A DNA stretch of 64,000 nucleotides, from positions 352,001 to 416,000 of the forward strand of contig JAUVXV010000001.1 of the NCBI GenBank assembly GCA_030603365.1, in the 5' to 3' direction. Below, one piece after another: positions 38,864-48,406 of this stretch. How positions within the stretch are numbered: position 1 is the first letter of the stretch; the number at the start of each line of letters is the position of its first letter. The notes under the pieces are model-generated. The model was not told the DNA's origin. It worked only from the letters and a program-made list of their open reading frames with translations, and did not search any database. The position numbers were made by a program, and so were the translations under genes. This DNA comes from Candidatus Heimdallarchaeota archaeon (GTDB lineage Archaea > Asgardarchaeota > Heimdallarchaeia > Heimdallarchaeales > Heimdallarchaeaceae).

Positions 38864-41389
38864 TTACTCATCCAAAAGATGAAGTTGTTTTAGTATGTTT
38901 TTTTCTCCTGCTAGAATTTCCTCTACGAATAGATTCTTACTAGTTTTTCTCAAAATCTCTAGTAAAACTAATTCTGGAGATTCATATATTTTTGGTGCTC
39001 CAAGAATACTTCTAATTTTTGTTGTTTGTGTGCCTTCCCATTCACCAATATTATATTGAATAGTTAAAAGAAGGTTGCCGAACTCTTCAATACCTGTACT
39101 TGAAAAATATTCAGAAGCTTGAACAATAATCTCATTGTAATCTTTTTCTCCCTTTATAATAAACTGCCAAAGTAAGTCGATTAAGAAAAGTACACCTCTT
39201 AGATAATAATAATTAGATTCGATAACAATACCACTTAACAAGCCAATGTAATTATCAACTTCTTGAGCTACAAAAGGATCTCGGAGATTTTCTTTGTTTA
39301 TTTCAATTACAAGTAGTATTAGATTAAACAGAATCCCTGATGAAATTAATTTATCTGTTTCAAGTGTTTTTTGTATTGTAGTTGCTAAACTAGTATAAGC
39401 TTCAACATATTCTTCATTATACATTTTCTTCAAAGCTTCAAGATATACTATCCAATTCTCTAATTCACTAATTTCATCTTGAAGTTCTCTTAGCTGTGAT
39501 AGAATTTCATCAAAGAATTCATCATTTTTCTCTAAAATATACAATAACCCTTTTTCCACCAGTACTTTGCTCAAGGTTAACTTGAGATTATTATCAATTA
39601 AGAATCTCTCTGCATATTTGTAATTCTCTTTAGAATCCTCTAATTTGTTCAAATATAGATTTACTTTAGCCTTGTTCAGGTTAATAATCACATTCTCAAT
39701 GTAATCTTCTTCTTCAGTGAGCAAACCTAACACTTTGTTATATCTTGCCAGACTTTCTTTAAAATCTCCCTTTATTGCTAAAATGTCTGCAATCTTTCTC
39801 AAACATCTAATCCTCTTATTTCGATCAAAAACATCAGAATAATGGCTATAGGATGATCTTAGCTTAACTAAAGCTTCATCAAACTTACCTTGTTGAATAT
39901 CAAAAGAAGCTTGAAGTTCTTTTATCTCTGCGATCTTCATGCTATCTGATATGCGCAAGAAGTAATTCTTAGCTTTTTCTAGGTGACTTTCAGCTTTCTT
40001 TATTTTACTTAGTCTAGTATAGGCTTGGGCAATCACAATGTCACAGTGGGCTATACTATCTTCATCTCCTACTTCAAAATATAGAATTTGACATGCTAAT
40101 AGTGTGAATATTTGTTTACTTATTTCTTCGCTTCGGCTAATGGCAATTTGTGCTCTAATTCTTAAGGCATCTGTTTTTCCTTTTTGATATTGTATCTCTT
40201 CTGAAAGTGTTTCGATTTGATGTGTTCTCTTAATAGCTGAGACAAAATTTCCTTGTCTATAGTCACTGATTGCTATTTGAACCAAAGCTTTAGCAAATTG
40301 TCTTTTGTTAGCAATATTGACAACCTGACTATATGCCTTATCATAAATCTCCTGAGATTTTTCTTTATCATTGGTCGTTGAAAAGCTTTCAGCCAAAGCT
40401 AATAATGTCAAGAAAGTATTACTGTAATCGTGATATTGATTGAAAAGTGAATGCGCCATCTCTAAGCTGTTTCTAGCTAATTTATGATTTCCTAGTTTTA
40501 CCAGAATCTGCCCTCTCATAAAGTGCCCTTTAGCAGCGTAGTATTGTGATATTCCTTGAAGTTTATCATTTGTTTGTGCTGCTAGAATATTCCCTTTCTT
40601 CAGCTCTCCCTTTAGGAAATGAACATGAGCTAAACCAATATCTGCTGCTCCCATTAAAGGTATATTGGATAGGTTTTCAGCTAACTTCTTTGATCGAGTA
40701 AATATCTTCTCTGATGCAATATAATCTGATGAATCTAATTGCTGTTCTCCTAGTATTTGCAAACCTATTAGCTGCCAGTATTGATCATTTGCGTTTTTCC
40801 TTTTTTCTACAAACTCTTCTATTTTTTTAATACCTGAAATGTTGCTTGCTGATTGAAGTTCTATTAAACCTTCAATAAAATCTCTCAATTCTTGAAGTTG
40901 TTGTGGAATTCTTCTAATATTTCTTGAATCAAAAATATCTTCTAGCAAGTTTTTATACTTATCAACATTTTCTGTGTCACCAATTAACTCTTTTAGATAT
41001 GTTATCCAAAAAATTGCTTCTATAAGAGGGACATTATCAGAAGTTTCAGTATCTATAACTTGCTGAAGTAAGGTTATTGCTTCATCTACCTCACCAATTT
41101 CAAAAAGAGCAACACTTCCCCAAACCTTTGTACCTACAATAGAGTCTGTAATGGATTTTATCGCTAAATCATACTGACCTGTAATTACGCCTATTTTTCC
41201 TGCTAAATACCTAAGTTCTTCATCAGTTTCATAAACAGGGTCGTCAATAATATTCCATAATATCCTGCCAATTTGTTTTGAGGCTTCAGCTGTAAATTTT
41301 CCATGGAGTGTTTGAATAATAAATTCTGTTAATTCAGGACTTATTCGGTTCCTGTGTGCAACGATCTCAGGTGGTATAGATTCAGCCAT
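38864..41389 (-). CDS. Large TPR/alpha-solenoid repeat protein
   Basis: Repeated ~40-aa helical units (e.g. IGLAHVHFLKGELKKG, IADILAIKGDFKESLARY); no enzymatic motif. Confidence 0.75.
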   Translation of the reverse strand: MAESIPPEIVAHRNRISPELTEFIIQTLHGKFTAEASKQIGRILWNIIDDPVYETDEELRYLAGKIGVITGQYDLAIKSITDSIVGTKVWGSVALFEIGEVDEAITLLQQVIDTETSDNVPLIEAIFWITYLKELIGDTENVDKYKNLLEDIFDSRNIRRIPQQLQELRDFIEGLIELQSASNISGIKKIEEFVEKRKNANDQYWQLIGLQILGEQQLDSSDYIASEKIFTRSKKLAENLSNIPLMGAADIGLAHVHFLKGELKKGNILAAQTNDKLQGISQYYAAKGHFMRGQILVKLGNHKLARNSLEMAHSLFNQYHDYSNTFLTLLALAESFSTTNDKEKSQEIYDKAYSQVVNIANKRQFAKALVQIAISDYRQGNFVSAIKRTHQIETLSEEIQYQKGKTDALRIRAQIAISRSEEISKQIFTLLACQILYFEVGDEDSIAHCDIVIAQAYTRLSKIKKAESHLEKAKNYFLRISDSMKIAEIKELQASFDIQQGKFDEALVKLRSSYSHYSDVFDRNKRIRCLRKIADILAIKGDFKESLARYNKVLGLLTEEEDYIENVIINLNKAKVNLYLNKLEDSKENYKYAERFLIDNNLKLTLSKVLVEKGLLYILEKNDEFFDEILSQLRELQDEISELENWIVYLEALKKMYNEEYVEAYTSLATTIQKTLETDKLISSGILFNLILLVIEINKENLRDPFVAQEVDNYIGLLSGIVIESNYYYLRGVLFLIDLLWQFIIKGEKDYNEIIVQASEYFSSTGIEEFGNLLLTIQYNIGEWEGTQTTKIRSILGAPKIYESPELVLLEILRKTSKNLFVEEILAGEKNILKQLHLLDE

Positions 41390-41459
41390 CGATAATCCTT
41401 CTATAAGCTAATATTATAAAATAAAGATATCTAACAATAAAAAAACTTTATGTAACTGA

Positions 41460-41708
41460 TTATTCCATCTTTAAGGACTCAAGATTGACATTTACTACCT
41501 GTTTAACTCCAGGAATCCTTTCTTTCAGTACTCGTTCAACATAGCCTGTTAAGGTTAATTGGCTGTAAGGACAACCTCTGCATGCACCTTGCAATTCTAC
41601 TCTAACGGTCCCAGTTTCTTCATTTACTTCTACAAGTTCGATGTCTCCACCATCTTGTTGAAGTGCTACACGAATTTCATTAAGTGTGGCTTGAACCTTA
41701 TCTTTCAT
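41460..41708 (-). CDS. NifU C-terminal (NfuA-like) Fe-S carrier
   Basis: DGGDIELV, LQGACRGCPYSQLTL; likely start ATG 41708. Confidence 0.9.
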   Translation of the reverse strand: MKDKVQATLNEIRVALQQDGGDIELVEVNEETGTVRVELQGACRGCPYSQLTLTGYVERVLKERIPGVKQVVNVNLESLKME

Positions 41709-41799
41709 TATTATCACCAATTTATCTGGTTGTGAAAGTGTAGCTAGTGGTATTTATAGGTGTTTTTCTCGTACAACTTTTTTTTGTTTAAATTATCCT

Positions 41800-42342
41800 T
41801 TATCCCTCAAGCTGTTTGTAGACTTCACTTGTAAATGGTATTAGAGACATAATTATTGCTCTTTTAAAGACATCTTTCCTCATTATACGATTTTTTGTGA
41901 AAATTGCTGTACTTCCACCTTTTTGTTTGACATTATCCTCTTTTGCAATTCTATCCATAATGTCTCCTAGTTCCTTTTCTTTATTTGCTATAAGCTCATC
42001 AAATACAGCTCTAGGCAATGGCATTCTTCCTCCACCAGCGATTGATTTGACTCCACTACTATCACTCACACACACATACCAAGTTAGAAAAGCTCCGTGT
42101 TCATCTGCACTCATTCCCCCCTCCATGCTCACATAATAATCAGCTTTCTCAATTGTTTGAGCTATTTCAATCCGTTTTAATGCAGAATTTAGTGTTTCCT
42201 CAGAAGACATAGGTTGTTTAAAACCACCTAATTTCGCTGACAAATCTAAGAAATTCACCTCCATTTCCATAAAATATGATTTAAACGCTTCTTCTGCAGC
42301 TGAAATCTTAACAGGATTCTTAGAACAGACTATTATTTTCAT
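41800..42342 (-). CDS. yjjX: Inosine/xanthosine triphosphatase (DUF84)
   Basis: SKNPVKI, QP, EGG, ELGDIMD, KQKGG..FT. Confidence 0.88.
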   Translation of the reverse strand: MKIIVCSKNPVKISAAEEAFKSYFMEMEVNFLDLSAKLGGFKQPMSSEETLNSALKRIEIAQTIEKADYYVSMEGGMSADEHGAFLTWYVCVSDSSGVKSIAGGGRMPLPRAVFDELIANKEKELGDIMDRIAKEDNVKQKGGSTAIFTKNRIMRKDVFKRAIIMSLIPFTSEVYKQLEG

Positions 42343-42410
42343 TATTTTCAGTCTCTAAATAATGATATCTTTTTTAAGCATGATGTACAAACATATTTTA
42401 GGTGTTTAGG

Positions 42411-43238
42411 ATGAATGAATGCCACTATTGTAGAAACCCAGTACAATCTCATTGGAACTTTTGTCGTAAATGTGGAGCAAGACAGGTTCATAAAGAAGAA
42501 CCAGAGCTGGTTGTTAAATCAGAAGAAGTCATTGAAATAGCTAAAGTAGATCCAACCTCCCCGACTGGTATGATCTATGAACCTTTTGAACCAGAAGAAG
42601 TGAAAATAGAGGAAAAGGAAGAGAAAAAAGAGCTAACAGATGATGAACTTGTTGAAAGAATTGCAGATGTGATAATCAAACGAGAGCAATTCAACGCACT
42701 TCTCAAGAAGAAAAGCGAACTTGATGATGAGATAAATAAATTACTTGACCGAGTTAAAAACAAATTAATTCCTCGAGATGAAGCATTACCTCGAATTAAG
42801 AATTTGAAGGAAGAAGTGGAAGAAGTTACATCTCTAGAAGATGAATTTGAAAATTTCTCCGCTATTTTACCAATTGAAGAGATTATTGAAGACAGAGCTA
42901 ATCAACGTCAAAAGCTCAAAAAATTGTCTGGACTTAAAGGAGACAAAGCTGTCAGTAGGGCTACTTTAGAAGAAATGGAGACCAAATTTAAGAAAAATAT
43001 TGACAACCTAACAACTAAGCTAAATATAGAATTAGCTAAAATGAGAAAAACTTTTGATGCTCTAGAAAGAAAAATGAAATCACTTCAAAGAGATTTAGAA
43101 GTTCTTTATGTGAACTCGCAGACAGGAGAACTATCAGCTAAGAAATATGAGCAACATAAACAAGACAAATCAAAAGAAATCGAAAAAATGAAAAAAGTCA
43201 GTAAAACCGTTGCGAGTATTCTAGCTGAAGCAAGATAA
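42411..43238 (+). CDS. Zinc-ribbon + long coiled-coil protein (possibly CdvA-like)
   Basis: CHYC..FCRKCG then helical coiled coil with LYVNSQTGELSAKKYE-type turns. Confidence 0.65.
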   Translation: MNECHYCRNPVQSHWNFCRKCGARQVHKEEPELVVKSEEVIEIAKVDPTSPTGMIYEPFEPEEVKIEEKEEKKELTDDELVERIADVIIKREQFNALLKKKSELDDEINKLLDRVKNKLIPRDEALPRIKNLKEEVEEVTSLEDEFENFSAILPIEEIIEDRANQRQKLKKLSGLKGDKAVSRATLEEMETKFKKNIDNLTTKLNIELAKMRKTFDALERKMKSLQRDLEVLYVNSQTGELSAKKYEQHKQDKSKEIEKMKKVSKTVASILAEAR

Positions 43239-44234
43239 GTGGGTGTAAAAATGATATCTGACCCAATACATACAATTAATGATAAAATTGCAATTATTGA
43301 TGGACCTTCTGGTGATGGGGGAGAACGTAATAGAGGATATTTACTTGGTAAAAATTCTTTTGCTATAATCAATACTGGTAGAAAAGGAAGCATCGAAAAT
43401 ACATTCCTAGAAGCCATTCATAATAAAGGAAAAGATGCAAAAGATGTAAAATATATTTTCATAACCCATCCTTATCCAGATGTAATGGGAGGAGTATATC
43501 GTTTAAAGAAAATCTTTCCAAAGGCTCAAGTAGCAATTCATGAAAAATGTAAAGATATTATGAGTGAGCCAAATACAATAAGAGATGTAAATTTCCGATT
43601 TACTAGAAAAGAAAAACTGTATTTTGCAGTGAAAAAGGATCCTTTTGATGATTTGGAGAAGTTTAAACCTGATATTTATTTCAAAGACGGAGAAAAGTTT
43701 GAACTTGATAACACTAAATTGATGGTTATTAATTTTGATGGTATTTGTAAAGGACATAGTATGTTTTTTGCTACTGCTGAAAGAACTATGTTCACAGGTG
43801 ATGCACTTAATCTTTACCCAGCTTTGTCCAGTAGTTATCTAATTGATTTTTCAGGATCATATAAAAAATGGCTGAAAAACATCGAATTTCTAGAAAAAGC
43901 AAAAATTTCAATGATTTGCCCTGCACATGATGGTTATCAAGAAAATAGACATGTTATACCATATATAGATGACGTGAAAATAGCATTCAATCAATTCGAA
44001 AATCAGCTTGAGATGGCAATGACAGAACAAAAATATCTTACCATGAATCAGTTAATTGAACGAGTTCATAACTCTCAAGGAATAGTATGGTACCATCCGT
44101 ACTCTGTTCTAGCTCCAAAGGCCAACATGGCAGCACATTTGCAAAAGCTAATAGATGAACAAAAAATTCAGAGAAACGAAAAATCTGATCCCATTACTTA
44201 TACGTACATAGCTCCAAAAGATGATTTTATCTAA
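43239..44234 (+). CDS. Metallo-beta-lactamase-fold protein with degenerate metal site and possible C-terminal wHTH
   Basis: NTG, THPYPDVMGG, FTGDA, CPAHD; C-terminal AHLQKLIDEQKI. Confidence 0.75.
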   Translation: MGVKMISDPIHTINDKIAIIDGPSGDGGERNRGYLLGKNSFAIINTGRKGSIENTFLEAIHNKGKDAKDVKYIFITHPYPDVMGGVYRLKKIFPKAQVAIHEKCKDIMSEPNTIRDVNFRFTRKEKLYFAVKKDPFDDLEKFKPDIYFKDGEKFELDNTKLMVINFDGICKGHSMFFATAERTMFTGDALNLYPALSSSYLIDFSGSYKKWLKNIEFLEKAKISMICPAHDGYQENRHVIPYIDDVKIAFNQFENQLEMAMTEQKYLTMNQLIERVHNSQGIVWYHPYSVLAPKANMAAHLQKLIDEQKIQRNEKSDPITYTYIAPKDDFI

Positions 44235-44246
44235 GCAAAAAACAGC

Positions 44247-45431
44247 TTAGATTTCTTTTATTATTTCTTTAAGAACAGAGAAAGGGTTTTCGATATCTTT
44301 TACAGAAATCTGGGCAAATGATTTATTTCCGCCACCTTTTGCACCTGTTTTAGAACTAAGTTTGCTTACAACCTCATTTGCAGGTAGTGATTCCAAAGAT
44401 GAGAGAAGATATAGAATACTATTGCTTCCAAGTAATCCAAGAAAAGAATCTTTCTCAAGTTCTTTTGCTGAAGATTGAATTATTTGTCTGTCAATTTCAT
44501 CTAATTCCAGAATCGTTACATGCTTATCATTTATTTCTTCGCTCCAAGTTTTAATATTTTCAAAAATCATTTTCAATAATTTTACATTTCCTTGAACTAG
44601 AGTTTCATTATTTCTAATCTTATTAGTAACCATTTCTAACAGTTTTTTTCCTTTCTTCTCTGTAATTTCTTCCAAATTATTCATTAGTAGCCTCTGTTCA
44701 TTAGCAAAATTTATTGCATGTTTATCAACAAAATATTTGATCATGTTCCCTTTGTAACTATCAAAGACTATTCCTTTAATCTCTGATAAATTTCTTACAT
44801 GAATACCTCCACAGCAGACTAAATCGAAACCTTCGTCTTTACCTAACTGAATCAATCTTACTGTATCTTCATCAGATGTTTTTCCTCTTGTTATTGACTT
44901 ATATCTTTTAGAATAAGTTTCTTGATCAACAATTATGGATATAATTTCCGCATCTTGATTAAGTGTATTGTTCTCTTCTTCAATGGCATCAAAAATATCG
45001 GAAAGATTGAGTTTTTTATCAATTTCAATCTCTACTTTTCCTTCCTCAAAATTTGCTTTTAATGTTTTACAATCATATTTTTTCATTAAAATATGAGTCA
45101 ATAGGTGCTGTGAGGTGTGGGCTTTCATAAATTCATATCTTCTCTCCCAATCAAGTTTCAGCAATACTTCTATGCCTACCTCAAACTGAATCTCTTTATT
45201 CTTCTTTATTTTATGCCAAATTTCTTCATCTTTTTTGTAAACTTCTACTATAGGAAATTCAGTATCAAGATAGAGAATTCTTCCCTTATCGTGCAACTGC
45301 CCCCCACCTCCTGGATAAAAAAAGGTTTGGCTAAACTGTACTTCTGACCCTTTAATTTTTGTAATCTTTGCATTAATCTCTTGTTGGTAAGGAGAACTCC
45401 AATATATGGCTGTAGCTGATTCTTGATTCAT
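44247..45431 (-). CDS. alaX: AlaX alanyl-tRNA editing protein with C-terminal DHHA1-like domain
   Basis: FYPGGGGQLHDKG, HTSQH, CCGGIH, KGGG. Confidence 0.88.
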   Translation of the reverse strand: MNQESATAIYWSSPYQQEINAKITKIKGSEVQFSQTFFYPGGGGQLHDKGRILYLDTEFPIVEVYKKDEEIWHKIKKNKEIQFEVGIEVLLKLDWERRYEFMKAHTSQHLLTHILMKKYDCKTLKANFEEGKVEIEIDKKLNLSDIFDAIEEENNTLNQDAEIISIIVDQETYSKRYKSITRGKTSDEDTVRLIQLGKDEGFDLVCCGGIHVRNLSEIKGIVFDSYKGNMIKYFVDKHAINFANEQRLLMNNLEEITEKKGKKLLEMVTNKIRNNETLVQGNVKLLKMIFENIKTWSEEINDKHVTILELDEIDRQIIQSSAKELEKDSFLGLLGSNSILYLLSSLESLPANEVVSKLSSKTGAKGGGNKSFAQISVKDIENPFSVLKEIIKEI

Positions 45432-45503
45432 TAAAGGGAAATAATGGGATTCAATAAAAAAAGTTGTGATTAAATAGAATAAATAAAAGAAAAAAAGTGA
45501 AAA

Positions 45504-46118
45504 TTAAGCTTTTTTCAGTTTTGCACCGCAAGTTGTACAAAAATCATCAGTTCCTTTATTTGTGCCACCACAATGAGTGCAAAATATTTCACCAAGTTGT
45601 TTAACTGGTTGTGCTGGTTGTTGTGCTGGTTGGTAAGCAGTTTGAACTGGTTGATAAGCTCCTGTTGCAGCTTCAACATCATCTGCTTTATCTTTCCATA
45701 CAGCTCCACCTATAGCTGATCCAATAGCTGCTGCTCCAACAAACATAGCTGCTGCTACTATCATAGCTATAAGGAAAATTATTCCAACTACTACAAGCAA
45801 GACACCACCTATTGCCCCAACCAATCCAGTAATGAGGTTATCAGATACTGATTCTGCAAAGGTTTCTCCTGCTGTAAACATAATTACTCCAACTACTATT
45901 CCAAAGAGAGCTATAAGACCAGAAATTGCACCTGCTATTTTAACTCCATCACTCTTATAAGCTAAGAATCCTAGTACAAATCCACCCAGTATGACCCCCC
46001 CTGCAGTAAATGCTATATTACCATAATTTCCTGTATTTGTGAAAACTACCATAGGAATCATTATTCCAAGTCCTACTACAGTTCCCAGTACATCAAATAG
46101 TGCTCTACTACGTGCCAT
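45504..46118 (-). CDS. Gly/Ala-rich membrane protein with Q/P linker and C-terminal zinc ribbon
   Basis: ~4 TM segments, AYQPVQTAYQPAQQP, CTHCG..FCTTCG. Confidence 0.75.
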   Translation of the reverse strand: MARSRALFDVLGTVVGLGIMIPMVVFTNTGNYGNIAFTAGGVILGGFVLGFLAYKSDGVKIAGAISGLIALFGIVVGVIMFTAGETFAESVSDNLITGLVGAIGGVLLVVVGIIFLIAMIVAAAMFVGAAAIGSAIGGAVWKDKADDVEAATGAYQPVQTAYQPAQQPAQPVKQLGEIFCTHCGGTNKGTDDFCTTCGAKLKKA

Positions 46119-46229
46119 GAAATATTATTGGACTTTTTACTATATATTTGTTTAGAAACAAGAAATGCAACTTAGTATTGTTTTGTAAAGAGTAGTATTC
46201 CAAAAATTTTTAACAAATATAAAGAGTGA

Positions 46230-47663
46230 TTGTTGAGAGCTATGACAGCGAGACTAGAGAAATATTTTAACGCTAAATCATTTTGCGTGGTAGGAGCTTC
46301 TACAACACCCAATAAACCAGGGAATGTCGTAGCATATAATTTTGTTCATTCTTTCCCTGGTGAGACTTACTTGGTTAATCCAAGGGGTGGGGAGTTATAC
46401 AATAAAAAACTCTACAAATCTATATTAGAGATAGATGCTCAAATTGATGCAGCATGTATTATTGTACCTGCTAAGTATACACCTCAAACATTAAAACAGT
46501 GTGGTGAAAAAGGTATAAAAAATGTGATAATTACCACCGGTGGTTTTAGTGAAGCAGGTGAAGAAGGCTTACAATTACAGCAACAAATGCTCGAAATCAT
46601 GAAAAAATATGAAATTAATGTTATTGGTCCAAATTGTCTCGGACTCTATTCTCCTGCTCTTGGTTACGATACAATGTTTTTACCATCGAGTAAATTAAAG
46701 AGACCAAAAAGTGGCCCTGTTTCCATTTTAACACAAAGTGGTGCTTTCGGAGCAGCTTTTATAGATCAACTTTCTAGACTGGGTTCTGGACAATGGGTTT
46801 CTAAATTTGTTTCCTATGGTAATGCCAGTGATATAAATGAAACAGATTCATTAGAATATGTTGGTAATGATTCAAATACTAAAATGGTACTCATTTATCT
46901 TGAAGATTTCAAAGATGGACGAAGATTTATGGAAAAAGCCAGAGAGATTTCTTTAAGAAAACCTATAATGGGAATTAAAGCGAATAGGACAGAAACAGGT
47001 GCTAAAGCTGGAGCTTCCCATACTGCTGCTTTATCTTCAGATGATGTTATTGTTGATGACCTTATGAAAGATGCTGGTATAATCAGAGTTACAACTTGGG
47101 ATCAGTTAGAAGACTGTGTCTTAGCATTTGGAACACAACCTCTTCCACTCGGAGATAAAGTTGCTATAATTACTGATGGGGGAGGAGCAGGTGTAATGGC
47201 TTCTGATATGGTTTCTGATTGTAATCTAAAACTAGCAAAATTCTCTTTAGATGTTCAAACTAAATTGAACGAAATCTTCCCCTCATTTTATGCTACAGGA
47301 AATCCTATAGACATTACAGGAAGTGCAACAGCTGAAGATTATAAAATTGCACTAGAAGCAGCTTATAATGATCCTGAAGTAAATTCAGTGGTTAACATCT
47401 GTATTCCTGTTATACCAGATTTAGATATCAATGAATATATGAAAATTACTAAAGAAATTGCAAAGAGAAAAGAAAAACCCTTTGTAACTGCATTAGTAGG
47501 AGGAGAAGAAGCAGATTTTGCAGCTGCTGAATTATTAAGAGAAGACATTCCAGTTTTTACTAGCCCTGGAAGAGCTGTTAGGGCATTAGGAATGTTAACA
47601 GATTATACAAATTATCTAAGGAAACACGGTGTGGATCCAAGTTCAATTTCAGTGGAGGAATAA
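46230..47663 (+). CDS. acdA: ADP-forming acyl-CoA synthetase alpha subunit
   Basis: VVGAS, GGFSE, GPNCLG, QSGA, SHTAAL (phospho-His), GGAGV, NPID. Confidence 0.92.
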   Translation: MLRAMTARLEKYFNAKSFCVVGASTTPNKPGNVVAYNFVHSFPGETYLVNPRGGELYNKKLYKSILEIDAQIDAACIIVPAKYTPQTLKQCGEKGIKNVIITTGGFSEAGEEGLQLQQQMLEIMKKYEINVIGPNCLGLYSPALGYDTMFLPSSKLKRPKSGPVSILTQSGAFGAAFIDQLSRLGSGQWVSKFVSYGNASDINETDSLEYVGNDSNTKMVLIYLEDFKDGRRFMEKAREISLRKPIMGIKANRTETGAKAGASHTAALSSDDVIVDDLMKDAGIIRVTTWDQLEDCVLAFGTQPLPLGDKVAIITDGGGAGVMASDMVSDCNLKLAKFSLDVQTKLNEIFPSFYATGNPIDITGSATAEDYKIALEAAYNDPEVNSVVNICIPVIPDLDINEYMKITKEIAKRKEKPFVTALVGGEEADFAAAELLREDIPVFTSPGRAVRALGMLTDYTNYLRKHGVDPSSISVEE

Positions 47664-47665
47664 AA

Positions 47666-48352
47666 ATGAGCGATAATAAAACACTTTTCCAAGAAGCAAA
47701 ATTAGAAAATCGTGAAGCACTTTTAGAACATGAAGCTAAAGAAGTTTTGAAAAATATGGGTGTTAAAATACCTCCATCTAAACTAGCTAAGACAGAAGAT
47801 GAAGCTGTAAGTGCTGCTGAATCCTTTGATTATCCTGTAGTAATGAAACTAATGTCTTCTGATGTTCTTCATAAAACAGATGCAAAAGCAGTAATAATAG
47901 ATCTAAACTCTCCTTCGGAAGTAAGAGAAACATTTCAAGATTTCATGACAAGGTTCGCAAATGTTGCTGTAGCTGGAGTATTAGTTGAAAAGATGGTTAA
48001 AAAAGGAATTGAGCTAATTATAGGAACTAATACAGATGATGACTTCGGTCCTGTAATCTTATTTGGTGTTGGAGGAGTCTTAGTAGAAGCAATCAAAGAT
48101 GTTGTATTTCGAATGTGTCCTACTACAAAAGAGCAAGCTTTTGATGCAATCAACGAGATTAGAGCTAAAGTTATCTTGGAAGGATTTAGAGGTCTTCCTG
48201 CAGTAAATAAAAATGAACTATCAGACTTATTGGTTAAAATATCTCAACTAGCTTGGGAATATCGTGATTATATCTTAGAAATGGATTTCAACCCAATTAT
48301 CGCTAATGAAGATGGATTGTTCCCAGTAGATGCACGAATAATTCTAAAATAA
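47666..48352 (+). CDS. acdB: ADP-forming acyl-CoA synthetase beta subunit
   Basis: YPVVMK, HKTD, FGPV, EMDFNP, VDAR. Confidence 0.92.
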   Translation: MSDNKTLFQEAKLENREALLEHEAKEVLKNMGVKIPPSKLAKTEDEAVSAAESFDYPVVMKLMSSDVLHKTDAKAVIIDLNSPSEVRETFQDFMTRFANVAVAGVLVEKMVKKGIELIIGTNTDDDFGPVILFGVGGVLVEAIKDVVFRMCPTTKEQAFDAINEIRAKVILEGFRGLPAVNKNELSDLLVKISQLAWEYRDYILEMDFNPIIANEDGLFPVDARIILK

Positions 48353-48406
48353 TCCATTTCTCTCTTCTTGTTTTAGAAATTAAGAGTGCTAAAAAGAGAA
48401 TTTATT

